This document shows positions 18,086 to 25,680 of a DNA stretch of 31,508 nt, piece after piece. Source of the DNA: an uncultured virus (IMG/VR IMGVR_UViG_3300029258_002403) (Duplodnaviria > Heunggongvirae > Uroviricota > Caudoviricetes). Under the pieces are notes generated by a model. The model made no database searches and had not been told where the DNA came from. It worked only from the letters and a program-made list of their open reading frames with translations. Within the stretch, counting starts at the first letter, position 1, and the number at the start of each line of letters is the position of its first letter. The stretch is from the IMG/VR virus record IMGVR_UViG_3300029258_002403. The stretch is one strand, 5' to 3'. A program made the position numbers and the translations under genes.

Positions 18086-19462
18086 CTACTTGGCGGCCCG
18101 CTTGGCGTCCCGTTCCGCGGCGAGCACGTCGTACAAGGCGGTCACCACCGGGGCGGCCTCGGGGACCACGTCCTGTCCCAGCCCGGCGCCGCCCTTGGCC
18201 TTGGGCCGGGCCATGATCTTGGCGGAGGGGACCACAAAGTCCTTCCCCCCGTGGGTGTGCTCCAGCACCTCAGCGGCCAGGCCCCACCACACCCGGGCCA
18301 TGTCCACCCGTGCGGGGTCCGTGGTGTTGGCCAGGAACCCGGCGCACATCTCCAGCACCGCGAAGGTCCGGTCCACCTTGGGGGTGATGCGGAACTTGGC
18401 GTTCCCCGTCAGGAGGGCGCGGGGCTCCGGGATGTCCTGCTCACGGCGGAAAGTGTTGAACCCCGCGGCGATACCGGCGGGAAGGAAGAACCCGATGAAC
18501 GAGTCCGTCTCCACCTCCGTGAGGCCGTGGCACTCGGCGGAGGCAACGGCACGGGCCACGTTCTCCCAGATCCGGCGGCTCGCCCACCGGAGGTTGTCCT
18601 CCTCACCGTCACCAGGGTTGCGGAACCCCTGGCCCTTGGGCATCTGGTGGAGGTGGTGGGGGAACCGGCGCAGGTACCCCTTGACCAGGGCGGCGGCCTT
18701 ACCGAACGCCTCGGGCCAGGCGGCCAGGATGCGGGCCTCGTGGGCGTCGGGGTCGATCTGCTCGATCTCCTGGCTCCCGGCGCCGGCGATCAGCCAGTCA
18801 CCGAACTCGTCCTCACTGAAGGGGACGAACGTGCAGTGCCCGAACCGGTTGGCGTTGGGCGGGGTGATCTCGTTAGGGGTGGCGGCGCACATCGGGGGGT
18901 TGGCGAGCGCCACGGTGCGCACGTGGGGGAGGATGCGGAACTCCCCGGCCATCCGCTCGGAGAACACCCGGAGGGCGGCGGCCTGGCGGTCCTCGTCCAC
19001 GGTGAACTCGTCAAACACGACCAGGGAGCGGCGGGCGCCGTTGGCGGCGTCCACCCACCCGTCGGGGAGCTTGGTCATCCCCGTCCGGGTCTTGTTGGGC
19101 ACCGCGTAGCCGCCCACGTCCTCCGGGGCACGGTTGTTGAGGGCGATCGTCTGGACGTGGTCGAACCCGCACACCCAGCCGAGCAACTCCACCGCGGAGG
19201 TCTTCCCGGTTCCGGGCTCATCCCACACCAGCAGGTTGAGTCCGAAGGGGATCGCGGCACCGTGTTCCCGGACCCACGCGGCGTCGGTCGGGGCGGTGTC
19301 GGCGTCCGGGGTGTCGGCGGTGTCGGCGGCGGAGCGGCCGCGGGGCGCGGCGGTGTCGTTGGTGGCAACCGCGGCGGAGCCCTTCCGGCCGGGGGTGAAC
19401 CAGGCGGCGATCATGATGTTGAGAAGCTCGCGGTGGGTGAGGGTGGTGGTGTAGTCCTGCAT
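18086..19462 (-). CDS. MoxR-like AAA+ ATPase
   Basis: Start refined to ATG 19462 with AAGGA RBS; Walker A EPGTGKTS, PEDVGG, Walker B VVFDEF, ALANPP, ANRF, SRRIWE; paired with the VWA gene. Confidence 0.88.
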   Translation of the reverse strand: MQDYTTTLTHRELLNIMIAAWFTPGRKGSAAVATNDTAAPRGRSAADTADTPDADTAPTDAAWVREHGAAIPFGLNLLVWDEPGTGKTSAVELLGWVCGFDHVQTIALNNRAPEDVGGYAVPNKTRTGMTKLPDGWVDAANGARRSLVVFDEFTVDEDRQAAALRVFSERMAGEFRILPHVRTVALANPPMCAATPNEITPPNANRFGHCTFVPFSEDEFGDWLIAGAGSQEIEQIDPDAHEARILAAWPEAFGKAAALVKGYLRRFPHHLHQMPKGQGFRNPGDGEEDNLRWASRRIWENVARAVASAECHGLTEVETDSFIGFFLPAGIAAGFNTFRREQDIPEPRALLTGNAKFRITPKVDRTFAVLEMCAGFLANTTDPARVDMARVWWGLAAEVLEHTHGGKDFVVPSAKIMARPKAKGGAGLGQDVVPEAAPVVTALYDVLAAERDAKRAAK

Positions 19463-19505
19463 GGTCTGTCTCGTTTCCTTGGGTTTGGGTTGGTGTGGTG
19501 TCTCC

Positions 19506-19567
19506 CGGGGGTCCGTCCCCCGGGTCTCAAATATACCCCCTCCCCGGTTATTTTCACCAAATAACCG
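19506..19567 (-). promoter_or_regulatory. Promoter/operator cassette: CGGTTATTT-N5-AAATAACCG palindrome over GTGAAA-16-TATATT, then a 5' GC hairpin
   Basis: Perfect 9-bp inverted repeat at 19545-19567; TATATT at 19529-19534 on the minus strand. Confidence 0.7.
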
Positions 19568-19825
19568 AACACGGGACGCAGCCCCCCTGCACGGTGCCCC
19601 GGCGGCCTGGAGGAGCGGGGTCGAGCCGGGGCCCATCCTCTAGGAGTCCCCCGTGGGGGTGCGCAAAACGCGCACTTTTGGGGGGTAGCCCACCCCGCGC
19701 ACAGGGTGGCCGCGGGGGGTTGACGCGGCCGCGCGGACCTGCGCAGCGTTGGGAAAGGCCACCCCGCGCCGCGGTCAACTCACCTCCTGGCACGAGCAAG
19801 GGCGCCGCGGCGCGGGGGATGCCGG

Positions 19826-20104
19826 CTAACCCAGCGCGGAGAGCACTTTCCGCGGCAGTTCCCCCTCCGCCACCATCCCGCGCAGGGTGGGGATCATGTA
19901 GGGGATCGGGGTGAAAGTCTGGGTGCCTGCCTGGTCGCTCGCCACCCCCACGTGGGGGTCACCTTGGAGGATCCGCAGGGGGACGCCATCGGGGTACGCG
20001 CCGCAGTCCCACTTGGCCTCGCCGTTGCCGGCGCCGGAGTGGATGCAGTGTCGGCAAATCGGGTTGTAGTCCACCACGGGGCCGGGGTCTTGGGGCTCTG
20101 CCAT
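19826..20104 (-). CDS. Small Cys-rich protein, candidate immunity/partner of the MuF toxin domain (92 aa)
   Basis: CRHCIH..CGAYPDGVPLRILQG.PH..DQAGTQTF pattern; starts 31 nt after the MuF stop. Confidence 0.7.
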   Translation of the reverse strand: MAEPQDPGPVVDYNPICRHCIHSGAGNGEAKWDCGAYPDGVPLRILQGDPHVGVASDQAGTQTFTPIPYMIPTLRGMVAEGELPRKVLSALG

Positions 20105-20135
20105 GGTCCCACCTTGCGCCTTGGCGCCGGCGTTG

Positions 20136-23100
20136 TCACGGCTTGAGAAGGCCGAGCATGATCTGGAGGGGTCGGTGGAGGGGCTTGGGGATGGTGTCCC
20201 AGTCCCCGAACGTGGCCATGGCGAAGGCCTCGGCCAGACCCTCCACCCGGGGGTTGCTCGACGCGTACCGGCTCAACTGGCCCCACGTCCCGTCCTTGGG
20301 CTCGGCGTCGTGGCGCAGTTTCTTGCCGGGGCGGCCGCCCAGGTCCGGCCACGTGGCCCGGTTGACCTGCTTGACCGCGTTCTCCCACAAGTCCAGGACG
20401 GCCTGGGCCTCCGCGTTGCCCTGGCGGGCCAGGTGCTGGAGGTTGTGGTCCACGGCGTGGCCGAACTCGTGGCGGACCACGGCCGATCGCGCGATCTCGG
20501 CGTGGGCGTCCTTGCCCGTGACCCCCGCGTCGGCCAGGTCGTCCATGAGCTTCTTGCGGGCTTTGCCGCGGGGGATGGCGTTGTGGGCGATCTTCCCATC
20601 GGCGTGGGCCAACACCCCCGGCTCCCAGTTGTGCATCACCTGGGCGCGGTTGCCCATGGACCGTTGGCCGTACCCGAAGTACGTCAAGGGGCGCCGCTGG
20701 CCGTTGGCCATGAGTTCCGCGGTGTCCCCGCCATACCCGCCGCCGGGGCCGCAGAACGCGAACGTCCCCCCGCTCTCGTCCTTGGGCGGGAGGGCCTGAA
20801 TCCAGTCGATCTGGTCTGGCGCCCACGCCACGTCCTCCACCAACTGGCGGGTCTCCCGGGCCACGGTCCCGCGGATCTCCGTGCCGATCTCCTCCCACTC
20901 GTCCAGCCGCTTGGGGGCGTAGTCGGACTTGCGGCCCCTGCGGGCGTGTTCCGCCATGGCCTTCCGCTGGCGCTTTCTGGACGCCATGAACGTGGCCTCA
21001 TCGGCGTCGATGGCCTTGCGGACCACCGCGGATCGCTCCTTGTGCATCGCCTGGAGGGTGTCCTCCACGAACACGCGCCACTCGGGGGAGGGGCCTTGGA
21101 CTTTCCCGGCCGCCTTGGCGCGCCGTTGCACCTCCTTGCGCACCTCCACGGGCTGGTACGCCAGTGCGTCGGGCTTGCCATCACGCCGCATCCCCACTGG
21201 ACTCCGCAGGCCTTCGGGGAGGTCGGGGGGCTTGCCGATCTGCAACTGCCCGGCCCCATCCGCGGTGGAGGCCATCTTGGCGTCGGAGTACGCCACCCGG
21301 AACTCACGGGTGAGATCCTGCTTGAACTCGGCCACCCGCGCGTCGGTGCGCGCCTGGGCCAGGTCCGGGCGGCTGTCCCCCACGTCCCGGTACAAGCGAT
21401 CCGCAGGACTCCCGCGGCGAGCCTGGTGATGGTGGGCCTCCATCCGCGCCTGGGCTCGCCGCAGGGCTTCGATCTTGGACTTGGGCTCCCCCAGGTGGCG
21501 GCGGAACGCGGCGCTGTCGGTGTACAGGGTGACGGAGTACCGTTCCATCGCGGTCTCGATGGTGGCGCCGCCGCCCACGTCCAGGACCACATACTGGCCG
21601 TCGATCTCCTTGACCCGGGCGGGGATGTTCCCCTTCCACAGAACCTCCGCTCCCTCCTTGAGGTCGTCCGCGTCGATCCGCTTGGTGGCGCGGAGAAGTT
21701 CCTTGCGGTCGATGATGTCCGTGGCGGTCTTGTCTCGCCACGCCCCCGGTCGCCGCGCGGGGTCCATGGCCCTGCCGGGCTTGGGCCCGGCCTGGTGCTT
21801 GGCGGCCCAGGCCTTGACCTCCTCCAGGTCCAGTTGCTTCTTGGCCCCGTACTCCGTCAACTCACCCCGGGCCACGGCGGCCTTGATGTCCTTGGCCGGC
21901 ACCCCCACCTCCTTGGCGGCCTTGGTCTTGCTGATCAGGACGCGCTTGGGCGCCTTGGGCTTGGGCTCGGTTTTGCCCTTCCCCTTGGGCTTGGGCGCGG
22001 GCTTGGGCGGGGTCTTGGGTCCCGGTTCCGGCTTGGGGGCCACCTTGCCGCCGGTGATGTCGGGGTGGTCCCCCTTCCACCCCCGCTTCTTCTTGGCGTC
22101 CCGGGCCCACACCTGAAACTCCGCCGCGTCGAACCCCTTGGTCTTCTTGCCGTCAGGGCCCACCACCTTGATCAGCTTGAGGTCCCCGCTGTCGATGGCG
22201 GCCTTGATCGCCTTGGGGTTGATCCCCCACGTGTCCTGCACCGACGCGCCCGCGCGGGTGATCGTGAGGCGGCCATCGGTGACGGCCACCCCGTCCACCG
22301 TGGGGACCTTGGGCGGCCGCGGCGGCACTGGGTCCGGGGGCTTGGGCGGGGTGGGGGGCTTGGGCTTGTGGATGGGCTTGCGGGGCGGGGGCTTGGGCGG
22401 GAAGGGCTTGTCCCACCCCCGGACCTTCTTGGCGTCCCGCGCCCACTCGTGGAACTCCTGCGCGTCGAAGCCCTTGACCACGCGCCCCCCAGGCAGTTCC
22501 ACGTCGATGTACTTGAGGTCCCCCTTCTTCACCGCCGCGTTGACCGTCTTGGGGTTGACCCCGTACTCCGCCGCCGCGTGGGTCTTGGCGAACGTCCCCT
22601 CGGGCATGTCCAACTTGGCCTTGGCGTCCGCGATCCGCAGGTCGAGCATCACCCCCTCGTCCTCCAGGCCAGCGATGGACCGCCGAAGGCCGGTGAGGGT
22701 GGTGTCCAGGCGAAGGGCCTCCTCCGCGGTCATCCCCGTGCGCATCTTGAGGTACTGGTCCATCTGGCGGCGGAGGTCGGCCAGTTGCCCCCGGACCATC
22801 TGGCGGCGGATCTCGTCCAGGCTCCGGGGCTGTGCGCTCCGCTTGGCCAGGTCTCGGAGCCGCCGCTGAACCGCGGCGCTCATCTTGCCTTCGGCCACCA
22901 CCACGGGGCCGCCCCACTCGTCCGTGGCGGCGGTGTCCGCGATGAACCCCTCGCTCCCCCCGGCGTACATCTCCCCGAAGGACTGGCGCCACGGGACGAT
23001 CACCTCGCGGTCGTTGGGGCGGTTGGGCGGCGCCATGTACTCCTTGCCGAAGTAGGGGTCCACGAACGGCTTGTCCACAGGCACCGTCTGACCGTGGAGC

Positions 23101-23798
23101 ATCACGGAGTCCTTGCCCGTCCGCCCGTCGAACGTGGCCACCAGGCGCTTCATCATGCGGTCGTCGGGGTCTACGTCCTCCTCCATCATGGCGGCCAGTT
23201 GGGTGCCGTTGTACGCGGCCGCCGTCTCCGTGCGGCAGATCCGATCCACCATCCACTGGTTATCCCCAACGACGTGCCGGGTGGCCTGCCACACTTTCTG
23301 CCGCGCCTTCCACCAGGGTTCCCCGGTGAGAATGGTGCCGGCGATCTCCTCCTCGATCCGGGACACGGTGCGGGAGCCGTACCGAGCAAAGGACTGGCTG
23401 TACTCCCGGAGGCGCACCTGGCTTGCCATCTGGGCGTTCTCCGTGATCCACCGGGTGGTGTCGAACCGAAGGGGGCGCACCACCCCTGCGTAGTGCTTGT
23501 CCAGTTGGCGCAGGGTCTGGGCCGCGGTGCGGGCCGACACCCCGCCCACCTTGCGGAGGTGGCCCTGGAGGGCCTGGCCCTGGAGGACCGCCAGTTCCCC
23601 CACGGCTACCTGCAACTGGCGCATGGTGGCCGCGCGGGACGCGTACCCCCACGACCCAGGCTCCAGGCGCTGGAGTTCCTTGCGGATCGCCTTGAGGCGC
23701 GCCTGGGTGATCCGTAGGGCGCGCTTTTGCGCCTGGGCGGACAGGTTCTGGACCGCGTCAGACTGCGCCTGGAACAGCTCGCGGATCTCGGCGCTCAC
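20136..23798 (-). CDS. MuF/SPP1 gp7-like minor head protein with long C-terminal extension ending in a zincin metallopeptidase domain
   Basis: Follows the portal with a GTGA overlap; RICRTETAAAYN, ATFDGRT, LHGQ, PPNRPNDRE; C-terminal RHEFGH and SRYASSNPRVEGLAEAF. Confidence 0.85.
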   Translation of the reverse strand: MSAEIRELFQAQSDAVQNLSAQAQKRALRITQARLKAIRKELQRLEPGSWGYASRAATMRQLQVAVGELAVLQGQALQGHLRKVGGVSARTAAQTLRQLDKHYAGVVRPLRFDTTRWITENAQMASQVRLREYSQSFARYGSRTVSRIEEEIAGTILTGEPWWKARQKVWQATRHVVGDNQWMVDRICRTETAAAYNGTQLAAMMEEDVDPDDRMMKRLVATFDGRTGKDSVMLHGQTVPVDKPFVDPYFGKEYMAPPNRPNDREVIVPWRQSFGEMYAGGSEGFIADTAATDEWGGPVVVAEGKMSAAVQRRLRDLAKRSAQPRSLDEIRRQMVRGQLADLRRQMDQYLKMRTGMTAEEALRLDTTLTGLRRSIAGLEDEGVMLDLRIADAKAKLDMPEGTFAKTHAAAEYGVNPKTVNAAVKKGDLKYIDVELPGGRVVKGFDAQEFHEWARDAKKVRGWDKPFPPKPPPRKPIHKPKPPTPPKPPDPVPPRPPKVPTVDGVAVTDGRLTITRAGASVQDTWGINPKAIKAAIDSGDLKLIKVVGPDGKKTKGFDAAEFQVWARDAKKKRGWKGDHPDITGGKVAPKPEPGPKTPPKPAPKPKGKGKTEPKPKAPKRVLISKTKAAKEVGVPAKDIKAAVARGELTEYGAKKQLDLEEVKAWAAKHQAGPKPGRAMDPARRPGAWRDKTATDIIDRKELLRATKRIDADDLKEGAEVLWKGNIPARVKEIDGQYVVLDVGGGATIETAMERYSVTLYTDSAAFRRHLGEPKSKIEALRRAQARMEAHHHQARRGSPADRLYRDVGDSRPDLAQARTDARVAEFKQDLTREFRVAYSDAKMASTADGAGQLQIGKPPDLPEGLRSPVGMRRDGKPDALAYQPVEVRKEVQRRAKAAGKVQGPSPEWRVFVEDTLQAMHKERSAVVRKAIDADEATFMASRKRQRKAMAEHARRGRKSDYAPKRLDEWEEIGTEIRGTVARETRQLVEDVAWAPDQIDWIQALPPKDESGGTFAFCGPGGGYGGDTAELMANGQRRPLTYFGYGQRSMGNRAQVMHNWEPGVLAHADGKIAHNAIPRGKARKKLMDDLADAGVTGKDAHAEIARSAVVRHEFGHAVDHNLQHLARQGNAEAQAVLDLWENAVKQVNRATWPDLGGRPGKKLRHDAEPKDGTWGQLSRYASSNPRVEGLAEAFAMATFGDWDTIPKPLHRPLQIMLGLLKP

Positions 23799-25663
23799 GC
23801 GTCACCATCACCGTCCCCGTCCGCCTGGGCTGCGTTGGCGGGGTTTTGGGGCGGCCGCGGCTCGTCGTCACCGTCGCCGTCCCCGTCCCCATCGTCCTCG
23901 TCCTCGTCGTCGTCTACGTCGTCCGGGACCCCGTTGAGGGTGGCGCCCATGGCCATCATCTTGGCCATGCCGCTGTCCTTCTCGGCCTCCAGGAGGCGCA
24001 CCTCCTCGTCCCCGTCATGGCCCATCATCTGGGCCAGGTGGCGGGTGGCGGTCTCGGCGCTGATGATCTGCTTGGCGGTGGTGGCCGTGGCCATGGCCTG
24101 GGCGCTCGCGAGGATCTGCTGGGCCGTGGGGGTCCAGTACGGCGGCCAGTCCAGCACCACGTGCGCTTGGGCGTTGCCAGGGTCGTGGGGCTCCCACGTG
24201 ACCACAGGTTCGGGCTTGGGCGGCGGGGGCTCCCCGGGCTCCGGGGGGTCTGGGGGCTCGGGCTCCTCCACCACTCGCCGCGGGGGCAGGAGGATCTGGC
24301 CGCGGTAGTTCTCCGGGTTGGAGAGGTCCACCACCTCCACGTTGGCCACTTTGTGGGCCGTCCCCACCTCCAGGATCAGCCAGCACAGGCGCTGGATCGC
24401 GGTGCCCAGGGTGACGCGGAGGCGGTTGGCGCGGCTCTCCATGGACCGCCACAGAATCTGGAGGGCTTCGCCGCTCTGGTAGGCCTTGGCGTACTCCGGG
24501 GAGATCACCACGCACTCCACCGTCTGGAGGACTTCGCTCACCAGCGCGTTGATCCCCTCCAGGCCCACCTTGACGGACGTGCCCTGCATCTCCAGGTACT
24601 CCGCCGACCCCTCCGGGGGAAGGGGGATGGCGCCGGTGGACCCCTTCTGGATGATCGAGTTGCGGCGACGGCTGTGCCGGGGCTCCTTGATCACCAAGGT
24701 GGGGTCGGTGTTGGCGATGGCCGCCTTGTACACCTGGGACTGGAGGCGGTCGAGCTTGTCCAGGAGGGGCCACGTCCCCTCGCAGTCGGGCTTGCCGTCC
24801 GGGCACGCGGTGACCCGGGTGTTCTGGTACCACACCACGGGGCACGCGCCGAACTTGTGGGGCTTGCGCTCTCGCTCGGGGATCCCGTCGTCGGGCACGT
24901 CGCCGCACGGAACGTCCTCGTAGTACACCACTTCCTCGGGGGTCCACGCGCGGGTACGCCAAACGTCCACGCTCTTGAGGCGCCCGTTGCCGTCGTCCCC
25001 GTCATCGAGCACCTGGACGGTGGCCTTGTACTGCTCCACCACCACCCGCGGCGCCCACCCGGGGTCGTCGTTGTCCCACTCGGCCACCCACAAGTTGCGG
25101 GGGTGGAGCACCTCGGCGTTGATCCATCCGGCGGTGATCCCCACCGCCACCGCCGCGGTTCCGCACGCGCCCGCCACATCGCGAGCCTCCGCGAGCACGT
25201 CCCACAGATCGGCGCACTTGAATACCGCCTCCAGGTACTCCTCGCTCGCGGGGTCACTGGGAACCCGGATTGAGGGGCACCGCCCCTCACCGAGGAGCAT
25301 CTCCGTGAACCGAGACACCACCTGGCGCGCCAAGGGGACGGGGGCGTCCGGCTTGCGCGCTGCGTACTGGCTGGAGTTGACCGGCACGAACCCCTGGGGC
25401 TTTAGCCGCTCGTGGAGGTACCCCACCCCGGGGTCCCGGGGGATCCCGTTCCAGTCCATGCCGGTGTGGTCGTGCTGGGTGCCGTCGTAGAACGACTGGC
25501 AGTGGCGGAGCATGACGCACCGGTCGTCCTCCTCCAGGCCCAGGACTCGCATGGCGGACAGGTACTCCCGCACCAAGCCGTTGCCGGCCTCCGCGCCGGC
25601 ATGGTCGGCAAGGGTGACCACCTTGCCGTCGCGCATCACGCCGCTGGAGCCCTGCTCTGCCAT
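23795..25663 (-). CDS. Phage portal protein (SPP1-like)
   Basis: Between TerL and MuF; FYDGTQ, PHKFGACPVVWYQN, SGEAL, IISAETA, acidic tail. Confidence 0.85.
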   Translation of the reverse strand: MAEQGSSGVMRDGKVVTLADHAGAEAGNGLVREYLSAMRVLGLEEDDRCVMLRHCQSFYDGTQHDHTGMDWNGIPRDPGVGYLHERLKPQGFVPVNSSQYAARKPDAPVPLARQVVSRFTEMLLGEGRCPSIRVPSDPASEEYLEAVFKCADLWDVLAEARDVAGACGTAAVAVGITAGWINAEVLHPRNLWVAEWDNDDPGWAPRVVVEQYKATVQVLDDGDDGNGRLKSVDVWRTRAWTPEEVVYYEDVPCGDVPDDGIPERERKPHKFGACPVVWYQNTRVTACPDGKPDCEGTWPLLDKLDRLQSQVYKAAIANTDPTLVIKEPRHSRRRNSIIQKGSTGAIPLPPEGSAEYLEMQGTSVKVGLEGINALVSEVLQTVECVVISPEYAKAYQSGEALQILWRSMESRANRLRVTLGTAIQRLCWLILEVGTAHKVANVEVVDLSNPENYRGQILLPPRRVVEEPEPPDPPEPGEPPPPKPEPVVTWEPHDPGNAQAHVVLDWPPYWTPTAQQILASAQAMATATTAKQIISAETATRHLAQMMGHDGDEEVRLLEAEKDSGMAKMMAMGATLNGVPDDVDDDEDEDDGDGDGDGDDEPRPPQNPANAAQADGDGDGDA

Positions 25664-25680
25664 GGGGGTACCCTACCAGA

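Noticed and set aside
19463..19636. Upstream extension of the AAA ATPase ORF
   Set aside because: It runs through the promoter/operator cassette; a good RBS precedes ATG 19462
23800..23925. GAC/GGC-rich short repeats at the portal 3' end
   Set aside because: They encode an ordinary acidic low-complexity tail with synonymous variation
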